The translations under genes were made by a program, and so were the position numbers. 64,000 bases of DNA from Nitrospirota bacterium (GTDB lineage: Bacteria; Nitrospirota; Nitrospiria; JACQBZ01), in contig JACQCA010000025.1 in NCBI GenBank assembly GCA_016201865.1, forward strand, positions 3,551-67,550. Reading direction: 5' to 3'. Positions 14,793 to 24,900 of the stretch are shown here, one piece after another. How positions within the stretch are numbered: the first letter of the stretch is position 1; every line of letters begins with the position of its first letter. Below the pieces are notes generated by a model that did no database searches, was not told where the DNA came from, and saw only the letters and a list, made by a program, of their open reading frames with translations.

Positions 14793-15337
14793 ACCTCCCC
14801 AATCTCATCACGCTGCTGCGCATCTTCATGATCCCCGTTTTCATCCTGGTGTTTCTGACGCCGACCGGGCCGCGTTCTCTGGGAGCCGCCGTGATCTTCC
14901 TGATCGCTTCCGCAACGGATCTCATGGACGGTTACCTGGCCCGCCGGTGGGGGCAGATCACGACGCTCGGCAAGTTTCTCGATCCGATCGCGGACAAGCT
15001 TCTCGTCCTAACAGCCCTGGTCATGCTGGTGGATTTTCACCGCGCTTCTTCCTGGATCGTGATCGTCATCACCGGCCGTGAGGTGGCCGTCACCGGACTC
15101 CGGGCCATCGCCTCATCGGAGGGAATCGTGATCGCCGCGGACGAGGCCGGTAAATACAAAATGGCGATCCAGACGATTTCAATCGTGCTTTTGATTCTCG
15201 GATATACGATCGGGCGCATCAATTTCCATGTTTGGGGAACCTTTCTGCTCTGGATTTCCATGATTCTGTCGGTTCTCTCCGGGATTCAATATTTCATGAA
15301 GTTTTGGGACCGGATCGGGCTCAAAGGACTCCGATGA
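14789..15337 (+). CDS. pgsA: CDP-diacylglycerol--glycerol-3-phosphate phosphatidyltransferase
   Basis: NLPNLITLLR, DLMDGYLAR, GKFLDPIADK. Confidence 0.96.
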   Translation: MNLPNLITLLRIFMIPVFILVFLTPTGPRSLGAAVIFLIASATDLMDGYLARRWGQITTLGKFLDPIADKLLVLTALVMLVDFHRASSWIVIVITGREVAVTGLRAIASSEGIVIAADEAGKYKMAIQTISIVLLILGYTIGRINFHVWGTFLLWISMILSVLSGIQYFMKFWDRIGLKGLR

Positions 15338-15939
15338 GCCTGCCTCAGGGAATCGTTATTTCCACGATCCTCCTGATGGGGTACCTGGCCGGCTCGATCC
15401 CGTTCGGTGTGATCTTTTCTCGATGGATGGCCGGAGTCGATCCGCGGGAGGGCGGGAGCCGGAGCATCGGCTTCACAAACGTTTTAAGGATGGCCGGCCG
15501 CGGATCCGCGATCTTGACATTGTTAGGGGACCTCGGCAAGGGCTATCTGTCCGTGCGATTTGCGCAGCAGTTCTCGGTGGAAGAGCCATGGATCTGGTTG
15601 ACCGGCTTGGCGTCGGTGTTGGGACACAACCATCCGGTCTTTCTCGGTTTCAAAGGCGGCAAGGGCGTCGCCACCGGTCTGGGCGTTCTGTACGGCATTG
15701 AGCCGTTGCTGGGCTGGATCACGGTCGCGATCTGGGGCCTCGTCGTCTGGCAATCGCGGTATTCCTCGCTGGGCGCGATCGCGGCGTTCGGGTCTTTACC
15801 GGTTCTGATGATATGGTTTCGTCCCGTTCCATCCGCCGTTGTTTTCTCATTGATATTAACCGCAATGATCTTAATGAGACACACGGCCAACATCAAACGT
15901 CTGCTGTCGGGAACGGAGCCCAAGGTCGGTCGGCCATGA
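15334..15939 (+). CDS. plsY: glycerol-3-phosphate acyltransferase PlsY
   Basis: YLAGSIPFG, GSRSIGFTN, FKGGKGVAT, HTANIKRLLSGTE. Confidence 0.95.
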   Translation: MSLPQGIVISTILLMGYLAGSIPFGVIFSRWMAGVDPREGGSRSIGFTNVLRMAGRGSAILTLLGDLGKGYLSVRFAQQFSVEEPWIWLTGLASVLGHNHPVFLGFKGGKGVATGLGVLYGIEPLLGWITVAIWGLVVWQSRYSSLGAIAAFGSLPVLMIWFRPVPSAVVFSLILTAMILMRHTANIKRLLSGTEPKVGRP

Positions 15940-17810
15940 AGAAAAGCGGTCCTCCCATCCATGTCGGGTTACGGTGGTTCCTCATCGCGTTTCTGATTTC
16001 GGCGCTGCCGGCGCAAGCGACCGAGATGTCGTCCACGACCTCTTTCTCGGCCGGACCGTTCCCCTCCTGGATCGAAGCGGCTTGGATCGAATACAAGACG
16101 CAATACTCATCCGGACAGGTCAATGAAGCCGCCGGGACACTGGATCGGATCCGGACGAAAGCGGCCGAAAAGGGTTTTGAGAGACTTGACCTTTTGTCCG
16201 CGGTCATGATCCGGGAAGGAGAAGAGGCCCTCTCGAAAAAAAAGCCGGATGAGGCGGTCGAACTGGGAACGGCGGCGCAACGATGGTCTCCGGGCGATCC
16301 GAACGCTTCCTTCTTTCTCGCAAAGGCCCTAACGTATCAACATCCATTTAAACCTTACGCGGCCATCCGCGCCTATCTGGAAGGGCTCTCGGCCGCAGCG
16401 CATGATTTCTGGTTCTCATTTTATATTCTGGGGCGGTCGGTTGTGATTTTTGGGGTCGGCTTCATCGGCAGCTTCATCGTCTTTTATGTTTTTCTACTGA
16501 TCCGTTACCTTCCTCTACTGGTCCACGGTCTCGAAGAGCGGGGTTCGGCTGTTCTGAACCGGCCGGCCGCCTGGATCTCGGCGACGACCCTCCTTTTCAT
16601 ACCCTTATCATTCGGCGCCGGCGCGGGTTTTGCGCTGCTGGCGGGGATTTGTCTGTTTTGGTTGTTCATGACGAAGAACGAACGCCGCGTGTCGGCCTCA
16701 TTCGTCGCCGCATGGAGCCTGGCCGTCCTCTGGCTGCCCATGACCTTGTCCTGGTTTACGGCGGATCAATCAACCGAGTTGATGCTGTTGACCCAAGTGT
16801 TCCATGGAGACGCGGCGGCGACCGCGACGGCCCGTTCAATGGAGACGCAGGGTGGAAAGGATCAGAGTTGGCCCGTTCTGTTTTCGCTGGCCCTTCAGAA
16901 AAAACGCGAGGAAAATTTTGATGACGCCATGGAACGATATTTACAACTCGAGAAGCTTGAGCCGGACCGGTCCATCATCCTGAACAACATCGGGAATATC
17001 TATTTCGCGCTGAAGGACTACGATCAGGCCGCCGCATTCTACAAAAAATCTTTTGCACAAAATCATCAGGATGCGACCAGCCATTACAATCTCAACCTGA
17101 TCTATCGTGAAATGCTTCGATTCGAAGAGGCGAAACAGGAATATGAAACGGCCCAACAAATCAATCTGCCGTTGATTCAATCGTATCAAGGTGAAAAACC
17201 GGTCGATGAACTCTTCCCGGAGACGGTTCTCTGGAAAACGGCCTTCACAGGCTCGCCTGTAAAAGAAGCGCTTTCTCGGGAACTTTTTAAAAGCGTGTGG
17301 AAGCCGCTGCCTCTGAATGCGTCGCCGATGCTTCTGATCTTCCTCATGGGCGGAGTATTCGTGATACGGTGGGTGTCGTCTCGAAAGTACACCGCAACCG
17401 TTTGCGCCGTCTGTGGGCAACCCATCTGTTTTCATTGTCAAAGGAGAGTATTCGATCTGAAAATATGCGCCATCTGCTGGAGCAGTTTTAAGAATATCAA
17501 ACGCAAGTCGGATATCCGACAAATCAGGTACCGCCGACGATGGCTTCTTCGGACGGCACGGATGCTTTCGGCCTTTTTCCCCGGAACCGGTCACCTTTAT
17601 ATCGGACGGGGAGCGAGCGGATTCATCTTTTCAACCCTTTTTCTGGGAATGGTTTGCGTGGTGTTTTTCCAAAACGCTTTTTTCAGGATGCCGGGGGAAT
17701 ACGGAAGCATTTTAGGTCCCGGCAGCGGCGCGGTGATCGTGTCCGTGTTGCTTGTTTTATATATTCAAGTCTTCCGCAGTCTCGGCAAAGCATCGGATGA
17801 GCGGTCGTAA
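15936..17810 (+). CDS. membrane protein with TPR repeats and Cys-rich (B-box-like) segment
   Basis: signal peptide, several TM helices, TPR (LNNIGNIYF), CAVCGQPICFHC..CAIC, FPGTGHLY. Confidence 0.75.
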   Translation: MKKSGPPIHVGLRWFLIAFLISALPAQATEMSSTTSFSAGPFPSWIEAAWIEYKTQYSSGQVNEAAGTLDRIRTKAAEKGFERLDLLSAVMIREGEEALSKKKPDEAVELGTAAQRWSPGDPNASFFLAKALTYQHPFKPYAAIRAYLEGLSAAAHDFWFSFYILGRSVVIFGVGFIGSFIVFYVFLLIRYLPLLVHGLEERGSAVLNRPAAWISATTLLFIPLSFGAGAGFALLAGICLFWLFMTKNERRVSASFVAAWSLAVLWLPMTLSWFTADQSTELMLLTQVFHGDAAATATARSMETQGGKDQSWPVLFSLALQKKREENFDDAMERYLQLEKLEPDRSIILNNIGNIYFALKDYDQAAAFYKKSFAQNHQDATSHYNLNLIYREMLRFEEAKQEYETAQQINLPLIQSYQGEKPVDELFPETVLWKTAFTGSPVKEALSRELFKSVWKPLPLNASPMLLIFLMGGVFVIRWVSSRKYTATVCAVCGQPICFHCQRRVFDLKICAICWSSFKNIKRKSDIRQIRYRRRWLLRTARMLSAFFPGTGHLYIGRGASGFIFSTLFLGMVCVVFFQNAFFRMPGEYGSILGPGSGAVIVSVLLVLYIQVFRSLGKASDERS

Positions 17811-17825
17811 AAAAAGGGGAAGTGG

Positions 17826-18965
17826 ATGGCATTAGAAGGCTCACTAAAGGATTTCGGTCTGGCCGATATTCTTCAATTGATCGGTCTCCAGAAAAAGACC
17901 GGGGTATTGACAATGAAGAATCCATCGACCGAGGCAAAGGTCCTGTTCGAAAACGGTTCCGTGGTTCTGGCGGACACGGCCCAACTTAAAGGGCTGGAGA
18001 AAATCGGCGAGGTTTTAGTTCGGGTCGGACTTATCTCTCAAGATCAACTCAAACAGGCTATTGCTAAACAGCGGTATAGTCACAAAAAAATAGGGATCAT
18101 TCTTGTCGAAATGGGGGCCCTTAAAAAGGAAGATCTGGTCAAGGCGCTTGGACTTCGCGTTAAAGAGACGGTCCTGAGCCTGTTTAAATGGAAAGAGGGC
18201 CGGTATCGTTTTGAGGCTTCCGAGGTCGAGTATGAGCGCGACTACTGTCCTCTCATGAACACCGAATTTATTATCATGGAGGGAGTCCGGCAATTGGATG
18301 AATGGCCGTATATCAAGAAAATCATTCCGAACCTCGATCTGATTTTCGGCAATAACAGCGACCATACGGAAAAGGCCGTACAGATCAAGGCTTCACAGGT
18401 GTCCGTCGACGATCTGAACGAGAAGATTCAAATCACGCAGGATGAGATGAGCGTTTACCGACTTGTGGACGGACAAAAAAATGTCCGAGACCTCATCGAA
18501 CTGAGCCAGTTGGGTGAATTTGAAACATGCAAGGCATTAAGCAGCCTGTTGACGGTCGGTCTGATTCTGCAGAAGCCCATTGCGGAAATGCCGATAACGG
18601 AACCGGAGAAGCCCATCGGTATGGAATTAAAGCGACTCCGGTTTACCGGTCAACTTATTTATAATGGATTGATTATCGCAGTATGCCTTATCCTGCTCGG
18701 TCTTGGCATTAAAAACATGACTTATGAAATCCCTGCAACCGTCTATTTAATAAAGCAATACCATGACCTGAGGGTTCAGAACCGGTTGATGCAGATCCGT
18801 TTCTCGATTGAGACTTACTATTATCGGAATAATCGGCTGCCGGAATCATTGGAAAAGCTTTTTCAAGAAGGTTATATTCACAACGGAGTCGGGGAGTTTT
18901 CTTATGAACCCCACCCTGACTCGTCTACGTTTGATCTTCAACTAAAGGCAAGACAGAATAACTAA
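17826..18965 (+). CDS. DUF4388 domain protein
   Basis: MALEGSLKDFGLADILQLI, MshEN-like KIGEVLV/KIGIILV repeats, MEGVRQLDEW. Confidence 0.85.
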   Translation: MALEGSLKDFGLADILQLIGLQKKTGVLTMKNPSTEAKVLFENGSVVLADTAQLKGLEKIGEVLVRVGLISQDQLKQAIAKQRYSHKKIGIILVEMGALKKEDLVKALGLRVKETVLSLFKWKEGRYRFEASEVEYERDYCPLMNTEFIIMEGVRQLDEWPYIKKIIPNLDLIFGNNSDHTEKAVQIKASQVSVDDLNEKIQITQDEMSVYRLVDGQKNVRDLIELSQLGEFETCKALSSLLTVGLILQKPIAEMPITEPEKPIGMELKRLRFTGQLIYNGLIIAVCLILLGLGIKNMTYEIPATVYLIKQYHDLRVQNRLMQIRFSIETYYYRNNRLPESLEKLFQEGYIHNGVGEFSYEPHPDSSTFDLQLKARQNN

Positions 18966-18994
18966 AAGTTTACATAATATTCATTATCAGACAC

Positions 18995-19597
18995 ATGCTT
19001 GAGGAAAAGGGGCCTGAAAGAATGAGGCAGGGTGACTTTGAAACATTCGGCCAATGGCTCTTAAACCGGATGGAAACCGTTCGGTTATCCCAAAATCAGT
19101 TCGCATCCTATTTGGGACATTCGGACGGTCTGTATGCAAAACGGCTCTGTAATGATGAAACGCGCCTCCAGATGAAGGACTGGCCGATCGTGGCAAAGCT
19201 TTTGCAATTAAGGCTCGATGAATTTTTAATCGTGCTTGAGTATTTTCATCCGAATTGGGTGATGGAATATGATGCATTTATTTCCAACTGTCTACGTTAT
19301 CTATTATGGCGTGTCGAACAGGACCAACAACACGATCTCCCCTTGCCGGAGTTTTTATTGACCGTCACGTTGGATGAAGTCATCGAACCGGCCTGCATCA
19401 GTCGATTCGATTCGACCGAGGATCAGCGGAAGATTGATCGAAGAACGACCCAAAGCGCTCCGGCAGAAGACAAGCGCGGGAAACCACGCCGGTTGACCGA
19501 TCTGGTCCGCTATCTTAAAAACCAACTCGGGGGTATTGCGCTGTTCCCCTTGTTCGCCTCCGGTTTATTCCTGATGCATGGATGGAGTCTTTCATGA
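18995..19597 (+). CDS. hypothetical protein, possible N-terminal XRE-like HTH
   Basis: FGQWL..RLSQNQFASYLG pattern; C-terminal hydrophobic stretch. Confidence 0.5.
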   Translation: MLEEKGPERMRQGDFETFGQWLLNRMETVRLSQNQFASYLGHSDGLYAKRLCNDETRLQMKDWPIVAKLLQLRLDEFLIVLEYFHPNWVMEYDAFISNCLRYLLWRVEQDQQHDLPLPEFLLTVTLDEVIEPACISRFDSTEDQRKIDRRTTQSAPAEDKRGKPRRLTDLVRYLKNQLGGIALFPLFASGLFLMHGWSLS

Positions 19598-20181
19598 AGT
19601 TCATGCAACCTTTCCGTCGAGAAATCGGCATCGTATGGGCGGGGCTTGAGAAAGTTGTCGTTTCGGCCGCCGAACAGACCACAAGGCAGGTTGAGATCGC
19701 TCGGTTGTCCTTTGGGATCCATGAATATGAACGTCAATTGGACAACATCTTCGAAAGGATGGGACGATTCTTATACGAGTGTCAAGCGAAAGAGATCAAT
19801 GCCGTTGCGGATGACTCGATCTGCCGATCGTCCCTTTCTGAATATAAACGTCTTCAGAACGAACTCAAGTTGATCGAACGCAGGCGGTATGATCTCAAGG
19901 AAGAGAATGTCGCCGCGCAATGGGCGGAATTCATCGAGTCGGTTCATCGAAGCGGCATGACTCTTGACTCTGTCATCCTCCCGTTTCATCTGAAACCTTC
20001 CACGATCACGTTGCAGGAACTCGCATTGCCTACGGGCATTCTCGTGATCGCGATCCAGCGGAAGGAACGATTCATTCAACCGCATGGAACGGTCATGCTC
20101 AATCGCGGCGACCGATTGACGTTGCTTGGTCCTCCGCAACAGATGATCCAGGTTATGGAGCGATTTTCATCAACGCGCTGA
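19594..20181 (+). CDS. coiled-coil plus TrkA-C (RCK C-terminal) domain protein
   Basis: LQELALPTGILVIAIQR..PHGTVMLNRGDRLTLLG; start ATG 19594 or 19582. Confidence 0.75.
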   Translation: MKFMQPFRREIGIVWAGLEKVVVSAAEQTTRQVEIARLSFGIHEYERQLDNIFERMGRFLYECQAKEINAVADDSICRSSLSEYKRLQNELKLIERRRYDLKEENVAAQWAEFIESVHRSGMTLDSVILPFHLKPSTITLQELALPTGILVIAIQRKERFIQPHGTVMLNRGDRLTLLGPPQQMIQVMERFSSTR

Positions 20182-20198
20182 TGGAGAAGCGCCATCGA

Positions 20199-20244
20199 GT
20201 TTCCACAATTCTTGTGGAAAAACTGTGGTTAACCCTGTGAATAT
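20199..20244. promoter_or_regulatory. cluster of DnaA-box-like 9-mers
   Basis: GTTTCCACA, TGTGGAAAA, TGTGGTTAA, TGTGAATAT within 46 bp (0-1 mismatch to TTWTNCACA). Confidence 0.55.
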
Positions 20245-20489
20245 ACCCGATGAAGGCTTGATCCATGCGGGTTCGCACAGATTGCATAAAAATTGTGCAG
20301 TGAAACCGTCATGAAATTGAACGCTTCCGAATCTTCGCTTCGATTGTTTCAAATCGAATCATTTCGCCGCTTGTATTTTTATGGTGCATTTGATAAACTT
20401 ATACCATATATTGACGTTGTCCCGTTTATTGGGAAAACGCGCCGCATGTTTTGATGACGTCCTGTTTTATTACGATGAGGAGGAATCGT

Positions 20490-21878
20490 ATGCGTAGTTC
20501 AAAAATTTCAGCAGATCTTTTTATGATTCCGGTGATGATCGTCGCTGTGATGATCCTGTCGATCCCGGCTTCTTCGGCGCCGGTCGTCGCAAAAGACACC
20601 GCCGGAATGAAAGCGATCCAGGAACTGGAAAATATTTTTGTGGACATTGCGGATCGGGTCAAACCGGCCGTCGTCAATATCTCGCCGGCCACCCATCCCA
20701 CGGCGAAACCGGGTGAATCGCCCCGAGGGCGTCCCCCGGAATCGGGATCCGGTTCCGGTGTGATTATCGATAAGAAAGGATATATCGTCACTAACAATCA
20801 CGTAGTGGGCGAAGCCGCCGACGTGGAGGTGCGATTATCGGATAAAAGCCATTTCACCGGAAAGGTGATCGGTAAAGATCCGGATACCGATGTGGCCGTG
20901 GTCAAGGTCGAGACCGACCATGATCTCCCCTTCGTGACGCTCGGCGATTCCAGCTCGGTCAAGGTTGGGCAGTGGGTGATTGCGGTCGGAAATCCGTTCG
21001 GCCTGGACCGCACCGTGACGGTGGGGGTCGTCAGCGCACTGGGACGGGAAAATGTAAACCTTTCCCGATATGAGGATTTCATTCAGACCGACGCCTCGAT
21101 CAATCCCGGAAACAGCGGCGGTCCGCTCTTTAATCTGAACGGAGAAGCGATCGGGATCAACACCGCAATTATCAATTTCGCTCAGGGAATCGGATTCGCG
21201 ATTCCTTCCAACATGGTTCAGAACGTGGTCAATCAGTTAATCTCCAAAGGAAAGGTGGTCCGCGGTTGGTTGGGCGTGGGCATTCAACCGGTGACGGCCG
21301 ATCTGGCCTCCAAGTTCAATGTCAAAGAGGAAGAGGGTGTTCTGGTCAACGAGGTTTTTGAGGGCGATCCCGCCTCGAAGGCCGGGATGCAACCGGGCGA
21401 CATCATCATTAAACTGGAAGGGAAGACGGTCGACACCCCTCAAACCCTTTCGCGATTGATCGCATCGATCCCGCCCGGAAAGGATGCGGCGTTTGAAATC
21501 ATCCGGGACGGCAAACGCAAAAATCTAAGCGTGAAACTGGGCGAACGGAAGGAAGAGGCCGTGACGGCCTCGATTCCGAAGCAACCCGAAATGGTTTTAG
21601 GTCTAAGTATTCAGGATCTGACGCCGGAACTGGCCGACCGCTTGAAGCTCAAAGAGGAAAAAGGCGTCCTGGTGACCAAGGTCGAGCCCGGCAGCGCGGC
21701 CGATTCGGAGGGCATCAAGGAAGGCGATCTGATTAAAGAGGTCAACCGCAACAAGGTCGACAACTCCGACGATTTCAAGAACGCGATCGGAAGGATCAAG
21801 AAGGGCGAAAGCGTTCTGATCCGGATCATCCGTGAGAATCGCGCCTTCTACGTCGTGCTTAAAACGCAGTCTGAATAA
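20490..21878 (+). CDS. degP: periplasmic serine protease DegP/HtrA with two PDZ domains
   Basis: GSGSGVII, TNNHVV, DVAVVK, INPGNSGGPL; GAGGAGG RBS before ATG 20490. Confidence 0.95.
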   Translation: MRSSKISADLFMIPVMIVAVMILSIPASSAPVVAKDTAGMKAIQELENIFVDIADRVKPAVVNISPATHPTAKPGESPRGRPPESGSGSGVIIDKKGYIVTNNHVVGEAADVEVRLSDKSHFTGKVIGKDPDTDVAVVKVETDHDLPFVTLGDSSSVKVGQWVIAVGNPFGLDRTVTVGVVSALGRENVNLSRYEDFIQTDASINPGNSGGPLFNLNGEAIGINTAIINFAQGIGFAIPSNMVQNVVNQLISKGKVVRGWLGVGIQPVTADLASKFNVKEEEGVLVNEVFEGDPASKAGMQPGDIIIKLEGKTVDTPQTLSRLIASIPPGKDAAFEIIRDGKRKNLSVKLGERKEEAVTASIPKQPEMVLGLSIQDLTPELADRLKLKEEKGVLVTKVEPGSAADSEGIKEGDLIKEVNRNKVDNSDDFKNAIGRIKKGESVLIRIIRENRAFYVVLKTQSE

Positions 21879-21895
21879 AACCTGCATCTCTTTCC

Positions 21896-21933
21896 AAAAA
21901 GGCCCCGTTCAGATCCGTGAACGGGGCCTTTTT
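21896..21933. terminator. intrinsic terminator (possibly bidirectional)
   Basis: AAAAAGGCCCCGTTCA-loop-TGAACGGGGCCTTTTT. Confidence 0.9.
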
Positions 21934-21990
21934 ATTTATAAACATAAAGCTAATCTTGGCAGGCCGAATGGTCTGTGATATGATGGGCGC

Positions 21991-24900
21991 ATGAAACGGC
22001 TCCGGTTTGATGTCATCGTCATCGGCTGCGGACCCGCGGGCGCGACCGCCGCCGTGACACTGGCGCGTGCCGGTCTTTCCGTCCTTGTTTTAGAGGCCGG
22101 TGTGTACGCCGGCGCAGAGAACTGGTCCGGCTGCGTCTATTTCGCAGAAAACCTGGCCCGGCCCGACGCCTTCGGAGAAGAGGCCGTTTTAGCCGCTCCT
22201 TATGAACGCCGCTTGGTCCGCCGCGGAATCTTCCTTTATAATGGATTGGATCTCCTCGGACTTTCCTATCACAATTGGGACACCTTCCGGCATTGTTATA
22301 CCGTCCTCCGCCCGGTGTACGACCCTTACTGGGCCGGACTGGCCGAAAACCATGGGGCGATGGTTCTGCCGAAAACCACCGTGACCTCCCTGATCCGCCG
22401 GGGCGGCCGCGTGATCGGCGTCGAAACGGAACATGGACCGGTTTATGCCGAGGTGACCTTCATCGCCGAGGGCGACGCCTCGCATCTCATCCGTCGGGAA
22501 CGCCTGGAGCGCGTGAGCGCTCCGCATTTCATGCAAGGGGTCAAGGCCGTCCTGAACCTTCCGCCGTCGGTTATTGAAGAACGCTTTCGCCTTCTTCCCG
22601 GAGAAGGCTGCGCTTACGAATACCTGATCCGAAACGGCCGGATCGGCGGCCAGACGCTCCATCTGAACATCGGCGCTTTTCTGTACACCAACCGGAATTC
22701 CCTCTCGTTCGGATATGTCGTTCCGCTGGATAATTTAAAGGAAGCCTACCGCGGGGATCACGCGCGGCTTTTGGAATGGCTTCGCGGGCTCCCTCATTTT
22801 CGTTCGCTTCTTTCAGGATCCACGCTGTCGGCCTATGGCGCAAAGCTGATCCGGAGCGGCGGGTTGAAAGAACAGCCGATCTTGGTGGAGGACGGTCTGG
22901 CGGTGGGCGGCGCCGCAACCGGTCTTGGGATCGATCTCCCCTATCCAAACTTTACCGGTCCGGCCTCGGCCAGCGGCTTGATCTTCGCCCGCGCCGTCCG
23001 TCGCCTGCTCTCGGACGGACGACCGATCACGGCCGACCGGCTGCGTCAGGCCTATCTCGAACCGCTTCAGGCCGGCGTCTACGGACTCAACGCGGCCTTC
23101 TTGTCCGATTGGCCGGATTACTTGGAATCCAGCCGGACTCTTTTCGGCCGCTCGGTCGATCTGGCCTGCGGCTCGGTCCATTTTCTGACGCAGCCGAAGG
23201 CCCGTCTACGGCGAACGGCGCGTTTCCTCCGCGGACAGATGACGATCAAGGCCGCGCGCGAGCTTTTGAAAGACACGTTGCGTATGATGCGGGCATCGGG
23301 ACTTCGATCGGCGCTTTCCGGAAGTTTCCGTCTTTCCCTCATGGGTCGTTGGATTGCGAATCAGTTCAGGCCGGATCGAAAAACCGATTCCGGTTTCTCG
23401 ATCACGTTCCTATCGGCGGATGGAAATCCGGCCGAGATCCGAAATCTGCCCTGGCCGCTCCGAGGTCTGCTGGCCCGACTGTCTCCCGGACTGGCCGAAG
23501 GGATGAAAACCGTCTACGCCAATGACGGAAAGCCGATGTCCGAGAAATTTCGAGAAATGACCGAGGCCGTTCTACGGCGACTCAGACTCACGGACGGCAT
23601 TCTTCTCCCCGCCGTTATCCTTTATATCGTCGTCCTGGCCGCGGCCACGGCCTTGCTCGATTTTATTCGGTACTATTTTTTCCGTTGGCCGGTCGAAAAA
23701 GTTTTGGGCGGAGCGGTATCGGACTACCTCCAGGCGCAACAAACGGCGCAGGATCTGGATCAGGTCAAGACGGTCGATTCGTTCGAGACCAAGCTGGCGG
23801 CCAACTCCTATCACATCGGACGACGATCGCATATTCGCGTCCTCTGGCCTGCGGAACCGGCCCGTCACGGCGATTTGGCCCAGTCCCCGCTTTGGTCGGT
23901 CTGCCCGGCCCGGGTTTATCAATACGATCCGCCGTTGATCGGCCGCGGCATCGTGACGATCAATTACGAAAACTGCATCAAGTGTGAAACCTGCTGGCAT
24001 GCCGCGGACGATCCCGTGCGATGGGGACGGCACACCGATCACCGATTAATCTATCGGCCGGAATCGGACGCCTTGGACATTCTTATCGCCAAAGAGGCCT
24101 CATCGTCCCGGCCTCATCCGCCCCGAGAAAAATCATTCGGGACGTCGCCCCAAACTCTTTCAATTCTTCGAGAAGCGTTGCCCAAGGAAACGCTTGATGC
24201 GTTGTCCGAATCGGTCGCGTCCGCACTTCAGGCCGTCCGTGCGTTCGAGACCGCGGTGGACCATCTTCCGGCTTCGGCCGATGCAACCCGGCGTGAATGG
24301 CCGCGCAAGATCGGCGTGACGGCATTGCGGCGCATTGAAGATCTTGCCGTCCGGCTCTCCACCGGGGAGGTTCGTAAAATCTTTTCATCTCTTGAGATTC
24401 CGGCCGAGACGCTGACCGAATGGCTCCAGATTTTGGAGGACGACCGCAAGGATCTCGATCACCAACTTTCGATCGGCCAGGAATTCCATGCCCTCTCGGC
24501 CGCGCGCCGAATCCGCGAGGAGGTTCTGACGGATTTAAATGAGATCATGGGGCATCGAACAAGCCCGACGTCCCTCCCGCCGATTTCGGAAGATCGGTAT
24601 CGGACACCGCTCCATGACCGGATCTCGGCGCTGTTTCCGGACCGCATCGTCAAGACGTGGGAAGAGGCCCCGATTCCCCACGATGCCCGAGAACGCCTAC
24701 TGTTTCTGTTCATGGAGCAGGCCGAACGACCGCTTCCACTGATTCGAGCCCTTTCGTCCGTGAACCCCGCACTGGGACTGTTAGCGAGCCGACAGATGGA
24801 AGCGTCGGCGATTCTAAAACAGACCCATCAGCCCCTTCGTCCCGATCTATGCGCCGTGGACGGCGAGGGTCTTTCCATGATGGTCACGCCTCAGGGACTA

